DNA of 20,000 bases, taken from the IMG/VR virus record IMGVR_UViG_3300022660_000083; one strand, written 5' to 3'. The stretch is from an uncultured virus (IMG/VR IMGVR_UViG_3300022660_000083). Taxonomy: Duplodnaviria > Heunggongvirae > Uroviricota > Caudoviricetes. The translations under genes were made by a program, and so were the position numbers. The number at the start of each line of letters is the position of its first letter. Position 1 is the stretch's first letter. Below the pieces are notes generated by a model. It was not told the origin of the DNA and did no database searches. It saw only the letters and a program-made list of their open reading frames with translations. Positions 17,626 through 20,000 of this stretch are shown piece by piece.

Positions 17626-19206
17626 ATGGCAAAGGTTACAGTTATACCGTCAAAAGTTAATCCTATAACGCTAACACCGATAGGACAAGTAGTAAAGAGA
17701 AAGGTTGCTGCTTATGCTCGTGTTTCCACCGATAGCGATGAACAGTATTCTAGTTACGAAGCTCAAGTTACCTATTACACCAATTTCATAAAAGGTAAGC
17801 CGAATTGGGAGTTTGTAAAGGTATACGCAGACGAAGGCATTTCAGGAACAACCACAAAAAGACGTGACGATTTCAATGAAATGATTGAAAAGGCATTAAA
17901 CGGTGAGATAGACCTTATCATTACAAAATCAATATCCCGTTTTGCAAGAAACACCCTAGACACAATAACCTATGTTAGAAAGTTAAAAGCGGCAGGGGTT
18001 GAGGTTTATTTTGAAAAGGAAAACTTGTGGTCGCTTGACGATAAAACTGAGTTCTTGCTTACCATAATGGCATCCATAGCACAAGAAGAAAGTCGCAGTA
18101 TTTCACAAAACGTCACACTTGGCAAGAGATGGAGTATGAAGGAAGGACGAGTTAGTTTCGCTTACAAGAATTTCTTAGGATACGACAAGGTGGATGGCAA
18201 GATAGTCATTAACGAAGAACAAGCGAAAATCGTAAGACTAATTTATATGATGTTTCTTAAGGAAGGTAAAACCTGCACAGGCATTGCAGAATACTTAAAA
18301 AGCGAAGGGATACCGACACCTTCGGGAAAGTCCTGCAATTGGACGAAGAACACAGTAACATCAATTCTTACCAACGAAAAATACAAGGGTGATGCACTTC
18401 TTCAAAAGACATATACCTTTGATTACCTTGAACACAAACTCGTACCAAACAAAGGTGAGTTGCCTCAATACTATGTTGAAAATAATCACCCTGCAATTAT
18501 AGACCGAGATGTTTGGGAAATGGTGCAAACGGAAATGATGCGTAGGTCAATGCTTGGTGCTGCTTATTCAGCAAGCTCGATATTCGTTTCCAAGTTGGTG
18601 TGCGGAGACTGCGGAAGACCTTATGGTAAAAAGAAATGGCACTCTACGGACAAGTACACAAAGGAAATCTACCGTTGCAATGACAAATACAACAAGAGCC
18701 ACGCACAATGCCAAACACCAACGCTTACCGAAGAAGAAATAAAGGAAAAGTTCATCAGAGCCTACAACCTTGTGATGTGCGATAAGCAGCAAGTAATAAA
18801 CGATACTTTGGCAGTCATTGAAATGCTTATGGGAACGAACGAGCTAGACCTTGAAATTGCGGAACGCCAAGCAAGGATAGACGAGATAAGCAAAGCCGTG
18901 TCTGTGATGGTAAAAGAAAACGCAAGAACGGTTCAAGACCAAATTGAGTTCGCTAGAAGATACGATGACCTTACCAAGCAGTATGAAGAACACAAAGCAG
19001 CACTTGATAAGGCAGTAAAAGAAAAAGCCTACAAGACAGGCAAAGCAACTCAAATGAGAGCAAGTCTTGAGACTATGAAAAAGGCTGATGATTACCTTGA
19101 AGAATGGTCGGATGAAATGTGGATATTGCTTGTTGAATCGGCAACGGTTAATCGAGATAATACCATCACATTTACCTTTATTAACGGACAAGAAGTCAGA
19201 GTCTAA
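17626..19206 (+). CDS. Large serine recombinase 2 (integrase, with long coiled coil)
   Basis: AAYARVST, YADEGISG, KSISRFARN, NEKYKG, HPAII, CGDCG...C...C and a C-terminal coiled coil. Confidence 0.95.
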   Translation: MAKVTVIPSKVNPITLTPIGQVVKRKVAAYARVSTDSDEQYSSYEAQVTYYTNFIKGKPNWEFVKVYADEGISGTTTKRRDDFNEMIEKALNGEIDLIITKSISRFARNTLDTITYVRKLKAAGVEVYFEKENLWSLDDKTEFLLTIMASIAQEESRSISQNVTLGKRWSMKEGRVSFAYKNFLGYDKVDGKIVINEEQAKIVRLIYMMFLKEGKTCTGIAEYLKSEGIPTPSGKSCNWTKNTVTSILTNEKYKGDALLQKTYTFDYLEHKLVPNKGELPQYYVENNHPAIIDRDVWEMVQTEMMRRSMLGAAYSASSIFVSKLVCGDCGRPYGKKKWHSTDKYTKEIYRCNDKYNKSHAQCQTPTLTEEEIKEKFIRAYNLVMCDKQQVINDTLAVIEMLMGTNELDLEIAERQARIDEISKAVSVMVKENARTVQDQIEFARRYDDLTKQYEEHKAALDKAVKEKAYKTGKATQMRASLETMKKADDYLEEWSDEMWILLVESATVNRDNTITFTFINGQEVRV

Positions 19207-19211
19207 AAAGG

Positions 19212-19240
19212 TGGACTTTTCGGGACTTTTGTGGTAAAAT
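19212..19240 (+). promoter_or_regulatory. Strong SigA-type promoter driving candidate ncRNA
   Basis: TGGACT (19212-19217), 17-bp spacer, extended -10 TGgTAAAAT (19232-19240); GGACTTTT directly repeated at 19213 and 19223. Confidence 0.78.
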
Positions 19241-19246
19241 AATGCC

Positions 19247-19402
19247 AAGCAGTCATGAATGCTTATAGTCAAAGACTATCATCCAATCGTGAGTTTGGAT
19301 CGTGGACAGCGATAGTGCCTAGGACCACGTTAAAAGGCTAGTGCACATTTCGGTAACGGAAGCAGTTACACACCTCCTGCAAAGTCGGGAGGTTTTTCTT
19401 TT
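19247..19402 (+). ncRNA. Candidate structured small RNA (~155 nt), family not identified
   Basis: Bounded by a promoter and a terminator; almost wholly tiled by short hairpins plus a possible pseudoknot; no RBS-led ORF. Confidence 0.65.
19372..19402 (+). terminator. Intrinsic terminator
   Basis: ACCTCCTG-CAAAGT-CGGGAGGT followed by TTTTCTTTT. Confidence 0.85.
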
Positions 19403-19432
19403 GCCAATTTTCAAAACACATAGCATTATAGG

Positions 19433-19461
19433 TGGAAATATTCATAATTTTGTGGTATAAT
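19433..19461 (+). promoter_or_regulatory. SigA-type promoter
   Basis: TGGAAA (19433-19438), 17-bp spacer, TGgTATAAT (19453-19461). Confidence 0.78.
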
Positions 19462-19503
19462 AGGTTGAACGATAAATAAGCATTTGACGGAGGGGGTATT
19501 TCT

Positions 19504-19776
19504 ATGAAATCTTTTGTTTGTAGTTTGTGTCATAATGGCATACTCGGGGGAGGTTTATACCTCGATAGTCAGTCGCTTACTTACAAGACAAACAAGCTTA
19601 CAGTTGACCAAAGATATAGGAATTTGGTTTTACCGTTGCAGGAAATAAAAGAAATTTCTTGGAAGTGGATAATATTTCCCGTTGCAACAGTTGAAATGAA
19701 AAACGGTGAACTATATAAATTCATTATATTCAATAAATCACGCTTTGAAAAATGGTTTCAAGAATATTCTCACTAA
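19504..19776 (+). CDS. Small hypothetical protein, possibly bacterial PH/GRAM-like fold
   Basis: Own promoter and GGAGGGGG RBS; GxLYLDxxxLTY...LPLQEIKEI...VEMKNGELYKF beta-strand pattern with a C-terminal helix. Confidence 0.75.
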   Translation: MKSFVCSLCHNGILGGGLYLDSQSLTYKTNKLTVDQRYRNLVLPLQEIKEISWKWIIFPVATVEMKNGELYKFIIFNKSRFEKWFQEYSH

Positions 19777-19804
19777 ATACAAAGTGACAACTTCCAATTT
19801 GTAG

Positions 19805-19877
19805 GGGTGCGTACACACCCTAGCAGGGGTGCGTAAAAATACGGACAAGGGTGCGTGAATTTCCTATAAGGGTGCGT
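19805..19877 (+). repeat. Four direct GGGTGCGT repeats at 22/22/21-bp spacing
   Basis: Exact 8-mers start at 19805, 19827, 19849 and 19870. Confidence 0.92.
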
Positions 19878-19879
19878 AA

Positions 19880-19931
19880 TTGTATCAAAATAGGTAATGG
19901 CACACATTTAAGAACGTTAGGTTTGATACAA
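19880..19931. other. Candidate serine-recombinase att junction (prophage right end)
   Basis: Perfect 10-bp inverted repeat TTGTATCAAA-N32-TTTGATACAA, 52 bp in total, downstream of the recombinases and the phased repeats. Confidence 0.5.
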
Positions 19932-19948
19932 TGTATCAAGCCTTTTTT
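19919..19948 (+). terminator. Terminator-like hairpin overlapping the att candidate
   Basis: AGGTTTGATAC-AAT-GTATCAAGCCT followed by TTTTT. Confidence 0.6.
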
Positions 19949-20000
19949 CATGCTTTAATAGGGGTTCGAGTCTCCTATGTATTGTGTATTAGATATGATT

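Larger units (their letters stand above)
1..19931 (+). mobile_element. Prophage (siphovirus-like, HK97 capsid), right arm; extends beyond the left edge of the window
   Basis: Colinear capsid, neck, tail, holin, accessory and serine-recombinase modules. The right boundary is inferred from the inverted-repeat site at 19880-19931 and is uncertain. Confidence 0.9.

Noticed and set aside
824..19272. Minus-strand and alternative-frame ORFs in the track (e.g. 999-1445, 5382-5831, 8200-8574, 12260-12736, 14174-14590, 18844-19272)
   Set aside because: They lie wholly or mostly within well-supported + strand genes and have no recognisable motifs; shadow ORFs.
19255..19341. 28-aa ORF (MNAYSQRLSSNREFGSWTAIVPRTTLKG) inside the RNA candidate
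   Set aside because: No Shine-Dalgarno, the start codon sits in a hairpin and the peptide is featureless; not excluded but unsupported.
19301..19346. Pistol ribozyme (CGTGG...CCACGTTAAA resembles the pistol P1 and linker)
   Set aside because: The loop is 19 nt rather than about 6, and I cannot find the downstream pseudoknot strand, P2/P3 or cleavage junction in pistol order; kept only as an unclassified RNA.
19805..19877. CRISPR array
   Set aside because: Repeats are only 8 bp with 13-14 bp gaps and there are no cas genes; far too short for CRISPR units.
19940..20000. tRNA gene
   Set aside because: Only a T-arm-like hairpin; no cloverleaf can be built.

Overview
Right arm of a temperate HK97-fold siphovirus-like prophage, probably from a low-GC Bacillota/Mollicutes-type host. 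It uses the standard genetic code and all credible genes are on the + strand. Bases 1-11072 hold the end of the major capsid gene, head-tail genes, major tail protein, a tail chaperone with a -1 frameshift, tape measure protein, Dit, a large Tal/tail-spike with an S74-type chaperone and two holin-like genes, but no endolysin. Bases 11150-15625 are an AT-richer accessory block bounded by terminators and themed on ADP-ribose. It encodes a SLOG/YspA-like protein, a macrodomain-HTH fusion with degenerate catalytic motifs, a SIMPL protein, two small proteins and an intact ADP-ribosylglycohydrolase with extra C-terminal domains. An operator/promoter/terminator overlap separates its two halves. Bases 15715-19206 hold an HTH/Zn-finger gene, a SHOCT-like gene and two tandem large serine recombinases. 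Bases 19212-20000 contain a promoter- and terminator-delimited ~155-nt structured RNA candidate, a small stand-alone gene, four helically phased GGGTGCGT repeats and a 52-bp inverted-repeat site that is a candidate att junction. Family assignments come from motif recognition by eye; no database searches were run.
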